A stretch of DNA of 60,035 nt. Source: Actinomycetota bacterium. Its GTDB lineage: Bacteria; Actinomycetota; Actinomycetes; Actinomycetales; Microbacteriaceae. Positions 1 through 9,155 of the stretch are shown here, in pieces (position 1 is the first letter of the stretch; the number at the start of each line of letters is the position of its first letter). The position numbers and the translations under genes are program-made. Where the stretch lies: positions 1 through 60,035 of the forward strand of contig JBEGTF010000004.1 of assembly GCA_041179545.1 (NCBI GenBank). Reading direction: 5' to 3'. The notes below the pieces were generated by a model that was not told the DNA's origin, searched no databases, and saw nothing but the letters and a program-made list of their open reading frames with translations.

Positions 1-210
<210 letters not shown>

Positions 211-300
211 CTTTTTGCTTGCGTCCACTATGTGGTTCCCGAGGTATGGGAACCAAAAAATCACACTTCAATGTGTGCTTTCGAAACATAACTCAATAGT

Positions 301-393
301 GTTTCGGCGGCCATAGCGGAGGGGAAACGCCTGGTTACATTCCGAACCCAGAAGCTAAGACCTCCTGCGCCGATGGTACTGACACCGCCGGAC
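301..393 (+). rRNA. rrf: 5S rRNA with an internal deletion (93 nt)
   Basis: 5' GTTTCGGCGGCCATAGC, CCGAACCC.GAAGCTAAG, GCCGATGGTACTG and 3' ACACCGCCGGAC are present, but the segment normally between GGTACTG and ACACCG is missing. Confidence 0.93.
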
Positions 394-403
394 TTAATTT
401 AAC

Positions 404-433
404 AAAATGGCCACCTTTCGAGGTGGCCATTTT
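404..433 (+). terminator. Intrinsic terminator of the rRNA operon
   Basis: Perfect hairpin AAAATGGCCACCT-TTCG-AGGTGGCCATTTT right after 5S. Confidence 0.9.
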
Positions 434-518
434 GGTTTAACTTTCATTTGCTCGAGCATTTGCTGGTTTACAAGTCAGTATTCACAAGGCATTTGTAGAA
501 TGCTTACAGGAGATAAAT

Positions 519-1415
519 ATGCGTGAACGTGATTCAGGACAGGGTTCCGGCCGTGGTGGCCGCGATCGTCGACAAGACGCACCCGCTGGCCGCGGCGCAC
601 GACCAAATGCTGGCGGTTCACGACCTGCTTGGCAAGAGCGCGTAGCTCGACCAATCGACTATGACAAGCCAAAGAGCCCGATTATCCCTGATGAGATTAC
701 TGAAAAGGATCTTGAGCTTGGCATCCGTGTTCAACTGAAGACGCTGACCGCTGAAAATGCCGAAAAAGTTGCACGCCACTTGGCGATGGTTAGCATTCTG
801 CACGATCAAGACCCGGAACTTGCTCACCAGCACGCCCTAGCGGCAGCTGAACGTGCTGGGCGAATTGGCATGGTTCGCGAAACCGTTGGTGTGACAGCCT
901 ACGGTGTTGGTGATTTTGCCTTGGCGCTTCGCGAATTACTTACTTACCGTCGCATATCGGGTTCAAATGATCAGGTTCCATTGATGGTTGACTGTGAACG
1001 TGGACTTGGTCGCCCAGAGCGTGGCTTGGAACTTGGCCGAGAGGTTGATCGCAGCAAGTTAGCTCCAGAGGTTCGAGTGAATTTGGCAATCGTCATGTCT
1101 GGCGCTCGTTTGGACCTAGGTCAAGACGAACTCGCGTTGGCCGAATTGCAGATTCCGGAGCTAAATCCTGAGAAGGTTTTCGATTATTCAGCACCACTTT
1201 TTCATGCATACGCCGAGACCTTAGAAGTTTTGAACCGAGCCGAAGAATCGAAGCGCTGGCGTAAGCTCGCTGAGCGCGCCGAGCAGGCTTACTCGGGTTA
1301 CAAGTCACCAGAAGACGAAGTTTTTTCAGTACTGGAAGAAATTGAAATTCCAGAATTTGTAGAGAAGCCGGTAGAACGCGAAGCATGGAAGCGAGAACCA
1401 CAAAATGACCGATAA
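519..1415 (+). CDS. Conserved actinobacterial helical/TPR-like hypothetical protein
   Basis: SD AGGAGA before ATG; motifs VARHLAM, RIGMVRETVG and DCERGLGRPE are typical of the protein found after actinobacterial rRNA operons. Confidence 0.8.
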   Translation: MRERDSGQGSGRGGRDRRQDAPAGRGARPNAGGSRPAWQERVARPIDYDKPKSPIIPDEITEKDLELGIRVQLKTLTAENAEKVARHLAMVSILHDQDPELAHQHALAAAERAGRIGMVRETVGVTAYGVGDFALALRELLTYRRISGSNDQVPLMVDCERGLGRPERGLELGREVDRSKLAPEVRVNLAIVMSGARLDLGQDELALAELQIPELNPEKVFDYSAPLFHAYAETLEVLNRAEESKRWRKLAERAEQAYSGYKSPEDEVFSVLEEIEIPEFVEKPVEREAWKREPQNDR

Positions 1416-1611
1416 GCCAGCCGAAGATAAGAAACCTGCTGAAGAGAATGCCGGTGCCGAGAAGAAGCGCCCATCGCTAGATGAAATCCGTAAGTCTCGC
1501 AACACCTTTGGTGGTAATGGCACTTTCGGCGGTAGCAAAATCGGTGGCGGAAACAGCCGCGGTAAAGGTGGCGGTCTAAGCCGACCAGGCGGAAGCGCGC
1601 GCGGTCGTTAG
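1405..1611 (+). CDS. Small Gly/Lys/Arg-rich disordered protein
   Basis: 68 aa ORF overlapping the upstream gene's end and filling the gap before the HAD gene; coding-like codon usage. Confidence 0.6.
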   Translation: MTDKPAEDKKPAEENAGAEKKRPSLDEIRKSRNTFGGNGTFGGSKIGGGNSRGKGGGLSRPGGSARGR

Positions 1612-1655
1612 TGCGACCCAGCAAGTTTCCATCTGCTATCTGTCATTGAATCTGG

Positions 1656-2660
1656 TTGATAAAAATGTTTGGTAAGAGGAGCGCTACGGTTTGGGGAAAG
1701 TACGACACCGTACTTTGTGACCTCGATGGCGTGATCTATGAAGGAACCGACGCAATCGTTGATGCCGTTGAAACCATCAACAAATTTATTTCGCAGGAAA
1801 TCCCGGTTGGTTTTGTGACCAATAATTCGTCGCGAAAGCCAGAAACAATTGCTGATCAGCTTGCCGGTTTTGGTATTCATACGGCACCTGAAAATGTGAT
1901 TGGTTCGGCCAAGACCGGGGTGGACATTTTGGCCACCTTGATTCCGGCCGGATCCAAAGTTTTAGTAGTTGGCGGCGAGGGCTTGCGCTCACGCGTAGTT
2001 GAAGCTGGTTTTGAGCTGGCTAAAAATTCTGATGAAAAGCCGGCTGGCGTAATTCAGGGTTTTGATCCGAGCGTGGCCTGGACTGATTTGGCTGAAGCCT
2101 CATACTCGATTGCCAACGGCGCTAAGTGGGTTGCTACCAATCAGGACTGGACGATTCCTCGTGAAAAGGGGATCGCGCCGGGTAATGGCACTTTGGTTTC
2201 GGCAGTCCACACCGCGGTTGGGCAGTTGCCAATCGTTGCTGGTAAACCGGAGCCAGCCATTTTTAAAACCGCAGTGGAACACTTCGGAGCTAAGCAGGCA
2301 ATCTTCATAGGTGACCGCATTGACACCGATATCCGCGGCGCTAATCGAGCGGGAATTTCATCGGTGTTGGTGATGACCGGCATAAGCACTCGCAAAGAGG
2401 TGCTGGGCGTGAAGAAAGAAGACCGCCCGGATTACATAATCGAGACCATGGCGGAGCTACTTGCCGATTATGACCAGCCTAAAAAGACCAAGCACGGGTA
2501 CTCTTGCAAGGCTGCCGGAGTTGAGTTGCTTGGCAACAAAGTTTTGGTCACCCACGGTGACCCAGGGAGCATCGGTGCCTTGAGGGCAGCCTGTGCCGTG
2601 ATTTACAACTCAGAAACTCCAATTTACGGGCTGGATGTAGAACCAGCTCTTTACGAATAG
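1656..2660 (+). CDS. HAD-IIA family hydrolase (NagD-like); start may be ATG 1665
   Basis: DLDGV motif I, TNNS, ATNQD, GKPEP and IGDRIDTDI motifs. Confidence 0.93.
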   Translation: MIKMFGKRSATVWGKYDTVLCDLDGVIYEGTDAIVDAVETINKFISQEIPVGFVTNNSSRKPETIADQLAGFGIHTAPENVIGSAKTGVDILATLIPAGSKVLVVGGEGLRSRVVEAGFELAKNSDEKPAGVIQGFDPSVAWTDLAEASYSIANGAKWVATNQDWTIPREKGIAPGNGTLVSAVHTAVGQLPIVAGKPEPAIFKTAVEHFGAKQAIFIGDRIDTDIRGANRAGISSVLVMTGISTRKEVLGVKKEDRPDYIIETMAELLADYDQPKKTKHGYSCKAAGVELLGNKVLVTHGDPGSIGALRAACAVIYNSETPIYGLDVEPALYE

Positions 2661-2669
2661 GCTGAAGTC

Positions 2670-2843
2670 ATGTCTGAAGATCTAACCCAAGAGATAAAAG
2701 AAGAAGTAGCTCGAGTTTCAGCGCTGCCACTTGAAGAGCAGCCATCGGCGTTTGCGGCAATTCGTGATCAGCTGGAGCGCACGCTAAATTCAGACGAAGA
2801 CAGTACTTCTTCAAACCAGAACTCTTCACGACAGGGCGAATAA
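2670..2843 (+). CDS. Small 57-aa hypothetical protein (not in the ORF track), possibly chimeric
   Basis: MSEDLTQEIKEEVARVSALPLEEQPSAFAAIRDQLERTLNSDEDSTSSNQNSSRQGE; TAGGCT -10 lies 6 nt upstream of the ATG; the stop abuts the trmD GTG. Confidence 0.75.
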   Translation: MSEDLTQEIKEEVARVSALPLEEQPSAFAAIRDQLERTLNSDEDSTSSNQNSSRQGE

Positions 2844-3530
2844 GTGCGCATTGACGCAATTACGATTTTTCCGGACTACTTCAAAGCACTGGATCTTTCT
2901 CTTCTAGGTAAGGCTCGAGAGAAGAACTTGATTGATCTGAGAGTTCGCGATCTTCGTGACTTCACTTTCGATAAGCACAAGACAGTTGACGACAGCCCTT
3001 ACGGCGGCGGTGCTGGAATGTTGATGAAACCTGAACCTTGGGGCTTGGCATTCGATGAAATCTTGCCTGCGGATGGAAATTGCACCGTAATTTTCACATC
3101 ACCGGCGGGCGAGCAATTCAAGCAAGCTACCGCTCACGAATTGGCTGAGCTGGATCACATTGTTTTTGCCTGCGGGCGCTACGAGGGTATTGATCAAAGA
3201 GTTGTTGATTACGCTGAAACGAAAGCCAATGTTCGCCTAATTAGCCTTGGTGATTATGTTTTGAATGGTGGCGAAGTTGCCGCGCTGGCAATGATCGAGG
3301 CGATTGCTCGCTTGATTCCGGGGGTAATCGGAAACGCCGAAAGCTTGATCGAAGAATCACACTCCGATGGATTGCTCGAGTATCCGAGCTACACAAAGCC
3401 ATCTTCTTGGCGAGGATTTGATGTACCCGAAGTCTTAACCAGCGGAAATCACGCGGCGATTGCGGCCTGGCGTCACGATCAACAGATTGAGCGCACAAAA
3501 CGTGTTCGCCCAGATTTGCTTGCAGAATAA
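2844..3530 (+). CDS. trmD: tRNA (guanine-N1)-methyltransferase
   Basis: [33 protein letters not shown] and [10 protein letters not shown] motifs. Confidence 0.98.
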   Translation: MRIDAITIFPDYFKALDLSLLGKAREKNLIDLRVRDLRDFTFDKHKTVDDSPYGGGAGMLMKPEPWGLAFDEILPADGNCTVIFTSPAGEQFKQATAHELAELDHIVFACGRYEGIDQRVVDYAETKANVRLISLGDYVLNGGEVAALAMIEAIARLIPGVIGNAESLIEESHSDGLLEYPSYTKPSSWRGFDVPEVLTSGNHAAIAAWRHDQQIERTKRVRPDLLAE

Positions 3531-3616
3531 TCGGTTAGAAGGCTAACTGCCCCATAAATACTGGGTTTCCGGCTCGATCGAGTTCTTCGAGGGTTGCCGA
3601 CATCGGTGTTGGGAGG

Positions 3617-3736
3617 TAAACTGAACAGGTTATTCGCCTTAGATACTCTGCCGCAGGGGAGTTAGGCAAATGAATAACAACCATCAATTACTTACCCGTT
3701 GTTGACCTGCGCGCAGTAACAGAAGGCGATACAAAA
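3617..3736 (+). promoter_or_regulatory. rplS promoter (-10 TAAACT) and structured 5' leader
   Basis: TAAACT at 3617-3622; hairpins at 3629-3678 and 3698-3720 with complementary loops; SD AGAAGG at 3721. Confidence 0.65.
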
Positions 3737-4087
3737 ATGCACATTCTTGACTCAGTTGACGCAGCGTCTCTTCGTTCAGATATTCCTGAGTTCCGCGTTG
3801 GTGACACCGTGAACGTTCACGTAAACATCATCGAAGGTAACCGCAGCCGTGTTCAGGTTTTCAAGGGAATCGTAATTCGTCGTTCAGGCGAATCAGTTCG
3901 TGAAACCTTCACCGTTCGCAAGATTTCATTCCAGGTTGGTGTTGAGCGTACATTCCCAGTTCACTCACCAGTAATCGAGAAGATCGAAGTTGTAACCCGC
4001 GGTGCAGTGCGCCGTGCGAAGCTTTACTTCCTACGCGATCTTCGCGGCAAGAAGGCAAAGATTCAGGAAAAGCGCGACAACGCTTAA
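3737..4087 (+). CDS. rplS: 50S ribosomal protein L19
   Basis: [26 protein letters not shown] and [10 protein letters not shown] motifs. Confidence 0.99.
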   Translation: MHILDSVDAASLRSDIPEFRVGDTVNVHVNIIEGNRSRVQVFKGIVIRRSGESVRETFTVRKISFQVGVERTFPVHSPVIEKIEVVTRGAVRRAKLYFLRDLRGKKAKIQEKRDNA

Positions 4088-4128
4088 ATCTGGACCTCAA
4101 TCCAGTTTTTAGCATCTAGCCTTAAGAC

Positions 4129-4875
4129 ATGACAGACCTCGGGCAGTTTTCCAGCCCAACTAGAAAAGCACCACGCCGCCGAAGCAAATGGCGCAGATTT
4201 AGAAAAAACATATTTGTTTCTTTCTTTATTGATCTGCTCGTTATTGCCGGAACTGCGTTGGTGCTTTCTCTTTTAATCAAGACTTTCTTGATTCGCTCTT
4301 TCTTCATTCCCTCTGGCTCAATGCTCGAAACCTTGCAAATAGACGACCGAATCATCGTGAACGAACTTGTCCCAGATGTCGTACCCCTTGAGCGTGGCGA
4401 CGTAGTCGTGTTCAAGGATCCGGGAGGCTGGCTAGGTACAGTTGACGAAACCACAGTTGATCCGGTTACGGCAGCAACTGATTGGGTTCTTTCAGCCTTC
4501 GGAATTACCGCGCCTGACAGCAGCCAACATTTAGTGAAGCGAGTTATCGGTGTTGGTGGCGATCACGTAGTGTGTTGTGATTCGGATGGCAAGATCACCA
4601 TAAATGGTGTCGCAATTACAGAGTCGTATCTTGCGGCAGACAAATTGCCGTCGACGACAAAATTTGATGTGACTGTGCCCGCGAATTCTTACTGGGTGCT
4701 GGGCGATAACCGTGATGGGTCTGCCGATTCAAGATTCCACACGGACCTGCCGAGCAAGGGATTTGTTTCTAAGGATGTCGTAGTGGGAAGAGCTTTTTTA
4801 GTCACTTGGCCCTTTAGTCACTTCACCTGGCTGGACAACTATCCAGATGTCTTCAAAAACGTACCCAAGCCTTAA
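4129..4875 (+). CDS. lepB: Signal peptidase I
   Basis: TM helix, IPSGSM (catalytic Ser), LVKRVIG (catalytic Lys), LGDNRDGSADSR. Confidence 0.97.
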   Translation: MTDLGQFSSPTRKAPRRRSKWRRFRKNIFVSFFIDLLVIAGTALVLSLLIKTFLIRSFFIPSGSMLETLQIDDRIIVNELVPDVVPLERGDVVVFKDPGGWLGTVDETTVDPVTAATDWVLSAFGITAPDSSQHLVKRVIGVGGDHVVCCDSDGKITINGVAITESYLAADKLPSTTKFDVTVPANSYWVLGDNRDGSADSRFHTDLPSKGFVSKDVVVGRAFLVTWPFSHFTWLDNYPDVFKNVPKP

Positions 4876-5572
4876 TCTCGAAAATGAATTGTGGGCAAAG
4901 GGCGCACGATTTGTAATTGGGATGGATGAGGTGGGTCGCGGAGCAATCGCCGGGCCTGTTGCTGTTGGCGTGGCTTTACTGGATAGAGAAGACTCAAGAT
5001 CTAAAACAGCTTGGCCAGAGAAACTTTGCGATTCAAAGCTAATAAGCGAAAAAGTGCGAAATGCAATTGTGGGACCGGTGACCGAATGGGTTTCTGCATC
5101 CGCGGTGGGAATGGTCTCAGCTAAAGAAATAGACTCACGCGGAATCGTGGACGCTTTGGCCACTGCTGGGGCCGAAGCACTTTCAAGAGTGCTCGAGAAT
5201 CAGAAGCTTCGGCAAGAAATCATTAGTGACGGTGCTGTGATTATTTTGGATGGTTCACACAATTGGTTAGGGCCTAAGGCAAGCGGAATCGAGGTCATGG
5301 TTCGCACAAAGGCTGACCGAGACTGCGTTTCAGTTGCCGCGGCGTCTGTGATTGCCAAGGTAGCCCGTGACAACCTGATGATTGAACTATCGGACAAATT
5401 TGCTGGATATGGCCTCTCTGGCCACAAGGGCTATGCCTCTGCTAGTCACATTGAGGCTGTTCGTAATCTGGGTCCCAGCAGTGAACACCGGGTTACTTGG
5501 TTGACCAAGATTTTGGCAGTGGACAACCCCTTGGATGCGGTGTCGAACAAGCCGATCGGCCAAGAGGAATAG
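4847..5572 (+). CDS. rnhB: Ribonuclease HII
   Basis: GMDEVGRGAIAGPV, DSK, ILDG, SVAAASVIAKVARD and HKGY motifs. Confidence 0.97.
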   Translation: MSSKTYPSLNLENELWAKGARFVIGMDEVGRGAIAGPVAVGVALLDREDSRSKTAWPEKLCDSKLISEKVRNAIVGPVTEWVSASAVGMVSAKEIDSRGIVDALATAGAEALSRVLENQKLRQEIISDGAVIILDGSHNWLGPKASGIEVMVRTKADRDCVSVAAASVIAKVARDNLMIELSDKFAGYGLSGHKGYASASHIEAVRNLGPSSEHRVTWLTKILAVDNPLDAVSNKPIGQEE

Positions 5573-5582
5573 ACTTTCAGCA

Positions 5583-5906
5583 ATGGAAGAGAACGAATTC
5601 GAGGACTACGACAGAGAAGCTGAGCTGGCTCTGTATCGCGAATACCGCGATGTCGTAGGCACCTTCAAGTACGTCATTGAAACGGAACGCCGCTTCTACC
5701 TGGCAAACGAAGTTGAATTACAGCGCGTTGATACAGTGAATGATTTTTATTTTGAACTCAACATGAAAGACGTCTGGGTTTGGGACATCTACCGCACAGA
5801 TCGATTTGTGCAGAGCGTTCGGGTCTTGACCTTCAAGGATGTAAACGTTGAAGAACTTACCGGCGCGAGCTTCAATCTCCCTAAGGAATTCGCAGTAGGC
5901 GAGTAA
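5583..5906 (+). CDS. DUF2469 family protein
   Basis: ELALYREYRDVV, ETERRFYLAN and VRVLTFKDVNVEEL; syntenic rnhB-DUF2469-yraN; TAGACT -10 lies 7 nt before ATG 5583. Confidence 0.92.
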   Translation: MEENEFEDYDREAELALYREYRDVVGTFKYVIETERRFYLANEVELQRVDTVNDFYFELNMKDVWVWDIYRTDRFVQSVRVLTFKDVNVEELTGASFNLPKEFAVGE

Positions 5907-5910
5907 CCAC

Positions 5911-5920
5911 TTTTCCACAG
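5911..5920 (+). promoter_or_regulatory. DnaA-box-like motif TTTTCCACAG upstream of yraN-comM-dprA
   Basis: Starts 59 nt before the yraN ATG (5970); also part of the inverted repeat CCACAG-ATTCT-CTGTGG. Confidence 0.55.
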
Positions 5921-5969
5921 ATTCTCTGTGGTGGCTTCTTTATGCAAACGTGTGGGCAATGCTTTGCCC

Positions 5970-6323
5970 ATGACTCAAAAACAATTCATGGGCAAGTACG
6001 GCGAAGACCTCTCTGCCAAATACCTTCAAGACCGCGGATATCAAATCATTGAACGCAATTGGCGATGCAATTTAGGTGAAATCGATTTGATTGCAAAAGA
6101 GGGCAATCGAATTATTTTTGTTGAGGTGAAGACCCGAAACGGTTCTGGTTACGGCCACCCGTTCGAAGCAATTACCGCTTTGAAAGTGTCTCGCATGAGG
6201 AAGCTCGCTGCCCAGTGGTGTGCAGAGCATAAATCCGCCGGTTCTAAAGTGCGATTGGATGCCATAGCTGTTCTGATTCAAAATGGCAAAGTTGCGATTG
6301 AACACTTGAAGCAAGTCTTCTGA
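5970..6323 (+). CDS. yraN: YraN family (UPF0102) nuclease
   Basis: GKYGED, ERNWRCNLGEIDLIA, FVEVKTR and RLDAIAV motifs. Confidence 0.95.
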   Translation: MTQKQFMGKYGEDLSAKYLQDRGYQIIERNWRCNLGEIDLIAKEGNRIIFVEVKTRNGSGYGHPFEAITALKVSRMRKLAAQWCAEHKSAGSKVRLDAIAVLIQNGKVAIEHLKQVF

Positions 6324-7933
6324 TGGTCGCTAAACGCCTATTAGCAAAATCCTACGCAATCAGTCTGATGGGTTTGGCTGGCACAGTAGTCGAGGTTGAA
6401 TCAGAAATCTCGAGTACCCTTCCGGGGTTTGTCTTGGTTGGTTTGCCGGATGCGTCGTTGAGTGAGTCTAAAGATAGGGTTCGTGCCGCAATTCAAAACA
6501 GCGGATTGAAAATGCCAGATCGGCGTGTGACCGTAAATCTTTCTCCCGCATCTGTCCGCAAGCAAGGTTCAAGTTATGACCTTGCCATTGCTGTGAGCTT
6601 GTTAGCGGCAAGTGGAACTCTAAGTTCCGCCTCCGTAGAAGGTTGTCTGCATCTAGGTGAGCTTGGTCTTGATGGGTCGGTTCGTAAAGTCGCAGGCATC
6701 CTTCCTTCGCTAATGGTTGCTAAAGATGCTGGAATTCATCGTGCTGTCGTACCCCAGGCAAACTTTGCTGAAGCAAAACTCGTATCAGGCTTGGACGTGA
6801 TTGCAGTCGATAGTTTTCGAGAGGTCGCGAACCTGCACGGCGCAAATTTGATTCTTGAAGAAAACTTTTCGGCTACATCAAAGCAAGAGGCAGGCACTAA
6901 GACAAATTTAGATTCAACAAAAGATTTCTTGCAGCTCGATGTGTCCGACGTTCTTGGCCAAGAGGATGCAATCGACGCGCTTGTAGTGGCCGCTGCAGGT
7001 GGACATCACATCCTGATGATTGGGCCACCTGGAGCTGGAAAAACCATGATGGCCGAGAGGCTGCCCGGCTTGTTGCCTGACATGAATTTTGAGCAAGCGC
7101 TGGAAACAACGGCGGTTTTGTCAATTTCTGGTAATCGTGCAATCGCGAATGACTCGCTTGTCCTGCGACCTCCGTTTGAAGCTCCACACCACAGTGCTTC
7201 TGTTTCGTCGTTAGTGGGAGGCGGAATGGGCATACCTCGACCGGGCATCATTTCACTTGCCAATAACGGCGTTCTGTTTCTAGATGAAGCACCGGAATTT
7301 CAAAAGCCAGTGCTGGAAGCACTTCGACAACCTCTGGAATCCGGCGAAGTGGTGATAAACAGATCGGGTGGCTCTGCAAAATTTCCGGCGAAATTCCAGC
7401 TAGTTCTAGCTGCAAATCCCTGTCCCTGTGGAAACTCTTTTGGCACTGGAAGATCTTGTCGCTGTTCAGATCTACAAAAGAACAATTACATGTCCAAGCT
7501 TTCTGGGCCTTTGCTGGACCGCGTAGACATAAGACTCAGTATTTTTGCAGCCAGCCCCGCACAGCTAGCCCTCTCACGGGCTAAAACGCTATCCAAGATG
7601 GGCACAAACGTAACCTCAGCTGGTTTGCGAGAAGTCGTTACCGAAGCTCGATCACGCGCCTACTCGAGACTTCGTGAAACGCCCTGGATGCTAAACGCAC
7701 AGGTACCAGGTGCCTATCTTCGAAAGTTCATGCCACTTCCAGCTGAGGTTGTTTCACGATTAGATAGCGCACTTGCAAAGGGCCGCATGAGCATGCGTGG
7801 CTATGACCGCTGCCTCAGGTTGGCTTGGTCGGTCGCTGATCTTGCTGGGCGAGATATTCCTAATGAACTTGATGTTTCCAAGGCAATCTTCCTGAGGGGT
7901 TCTGAAGACTTTGGGAGGCTGGGCAATGGCTGA
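6323..7933 (+). CDS. comM: YifB/ComM family Mg-chelatase-like AAA+ ATPase
   Basis: VGLPDASLSESKDRVR, Walker A GPPGAGKT, LFLDEAPEF, AANPCPCG and SGPLLDRVD motifs. Confidence 0.96.
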   Translation: MVAKRLLAKSYAISLMGLAGTVVEVESEISSTLPGFVLVGLPDASLSESKDRVRAAIQNSGLKMPDRRVTVNLSPASVRKQGSSYDLAIAVSLLAASGTLSSASVEGCLHLGELGLDGSVRKVAGILPSLMVAKDAGIHRAVVPQANFAEAKLVSGLDVIAVDSFREVANLHGANLILEENFSATSKQEAGTKTNLDSTKDFLQLDVSDVLGQEDAIDALVVAAAGGHHILMIGPPGAGKTMMAERLPGLLPDMNFEQALETTAVLSISGNRAIANDSLVLRPPFEAPHHSASVSSLVGGGMGIPRPGIISLANNGVLFLDEAPEFQKPVLEALRQPLESGEVVINRSGGSAKFPAKFQLVLAANPCPCGNSFGTGRSCRCSDLQKNNYMSKLSGPLLDRVDIRLSIFAASPAQLALSRAKTLSKMGTNVTSAGLREVVTEARSRAYSRLRETPWMLNAQVPGAYLRKFMPLPAEVVSRLDSALAKGRMSMRGYDRCLRLAWSVADLAGRDIPNELDVSKAIFLRGSEDFGRLGNG

Positions 7934-9152
7934 CTTAAGGATTTCGAAAAAAGAGTTGCTTTCTTTGCTGCCGGAAAGCGATGAAGATCAGGTACAGAAT
8001 GTTTTTGCGTCCATTGCCTGGAGTGTTATTTGCGAACCGGGAGATGGTTTTGCAGGATTACTGGTTTCTGCTTTAGGTCCAGCTGCAGCCCTTGAATTGC
8101 AAATTCAAAGCAGTGATCCCTCACAGGTAAAATCGCGAGTCTTAGACGCGGGACTTTGCGCGACGGATTTAGATTCATTCGGCGTATTCGAAAAGGCGTT
8201 GATGAATTCTCGTGAGCGTTGGCAGCCAAGACTATCTTTGGATTTGGTTCGATCGGCGCTTTTTGGAATTCGTAAATTTCATGGTCACGTCATTACGCCA
8301 ACGTCAGACTATTGGCCAGAACAACTCAGCGATTTGGGAAATCACGCACCGATGGCGCTCTGGGTTAGAGGTAGCCTCGATGCAGTGGCCGGGTTGGGTC
8401 AATCAATCGCAATCGTGGGTTCCAGGGTAGCTACAGCATATGGTGAACACGCCACCGACGCGATGATTAGCGCTTTGGTGCCAAAAGACATCCCGATTGT
8501 TTCTGGAGGGGCGTACGGAATTGATGGATGCGCACACCGATCAACTCTTGCCCTGAAAGGTCAGACGGTAGCTGTTATGGCTGGAGGTGTGGATAGGTTT
8601 TACCCAACTGGAAATTCCGATTTACTAAAGCGCGTTTCTCAAACCGGTGCAGTGGTTAGTGAACTACCACCGGGAACTACGCCAACGAAGTGGCGATTTC
8701 TTCAACGTAATCGGCTTATTGCCGCATTATCAAAAGCAACTTTGGTTGTAGAAGCAAACTGGCGTTCTGGAGCGTTGAATACGGTCTCGCACGCGGAGCG
8801 CCTTGGCAGAGACATCTACGCCATACCTGGACCAATCACTTCACCAAAATCTGCCGGAGTTAACAAACTTGTGGCCGATGGAAGAGCGCAGTTGGTGGTT
8901 GATGCGGCCGATCTTCTTGATCGGCTGGGAGTTCAAACTCGACAAGTTTCAAAGACTGAGCTGGCCGGTTTAGGTGCAATTGAATTGCGTGTTTTGGATG
9001 CGATTGGATTCAATGCTCTTGAAATCAATGAGGTGTGTGCTGCGGGTGGGTTGACTCGTGACGAAGCCCGTTTTGGGTTGGCAAATTTAGAGCTAGACGG
9101 ATTAATACTGAGGCGTGACAACACTTGGATGCGAAGCCAAACTACAGTTTGA
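7926..9152 (+). CDS. dprA: DNA-processing protein DprA
   Basis: AIVGSR, VSGGAYGID, FLQRNRLIAAL and VVEANWRSGALNT motifs; C-terminal winged helix. Confidence 0.96.
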   Translation: MADLRISKKELLSLLPESDEDQVQNVFASIAWSVICEPGDGFAGLLVSALGPAAALELQIQSSDPSQVKSRVLDAGLCATDLDSFGVFEKALMNSRERWQPRLSLDLVRSALFGIRKFHGHVITPTSDYWPEQLSDLGNHAPMALWVRGSLDAVAGLGQSIAIVGSRVATAYGEHATDAMISALVPKDIPIVSGGAYGIDGCAHRSTLALKGQTVAVMAGGVDRFYPTGNSDLLKRVSQTGAVVSELPPGTTPTKWRFLQRNRLIAALSKATLVVEANWRSGALNTVSHAERLGRDIYAIPGPITSPKSAGVNKLVADGRAQLVVDAADLLDRLGVQTRQVSKTELAGLGAIELRVLDAIGFNALEINEVCAAGGLTRDEARFGLANLELDGLILRRDNTWMRSQTTV

Positions 9153-9155
9153 TGT

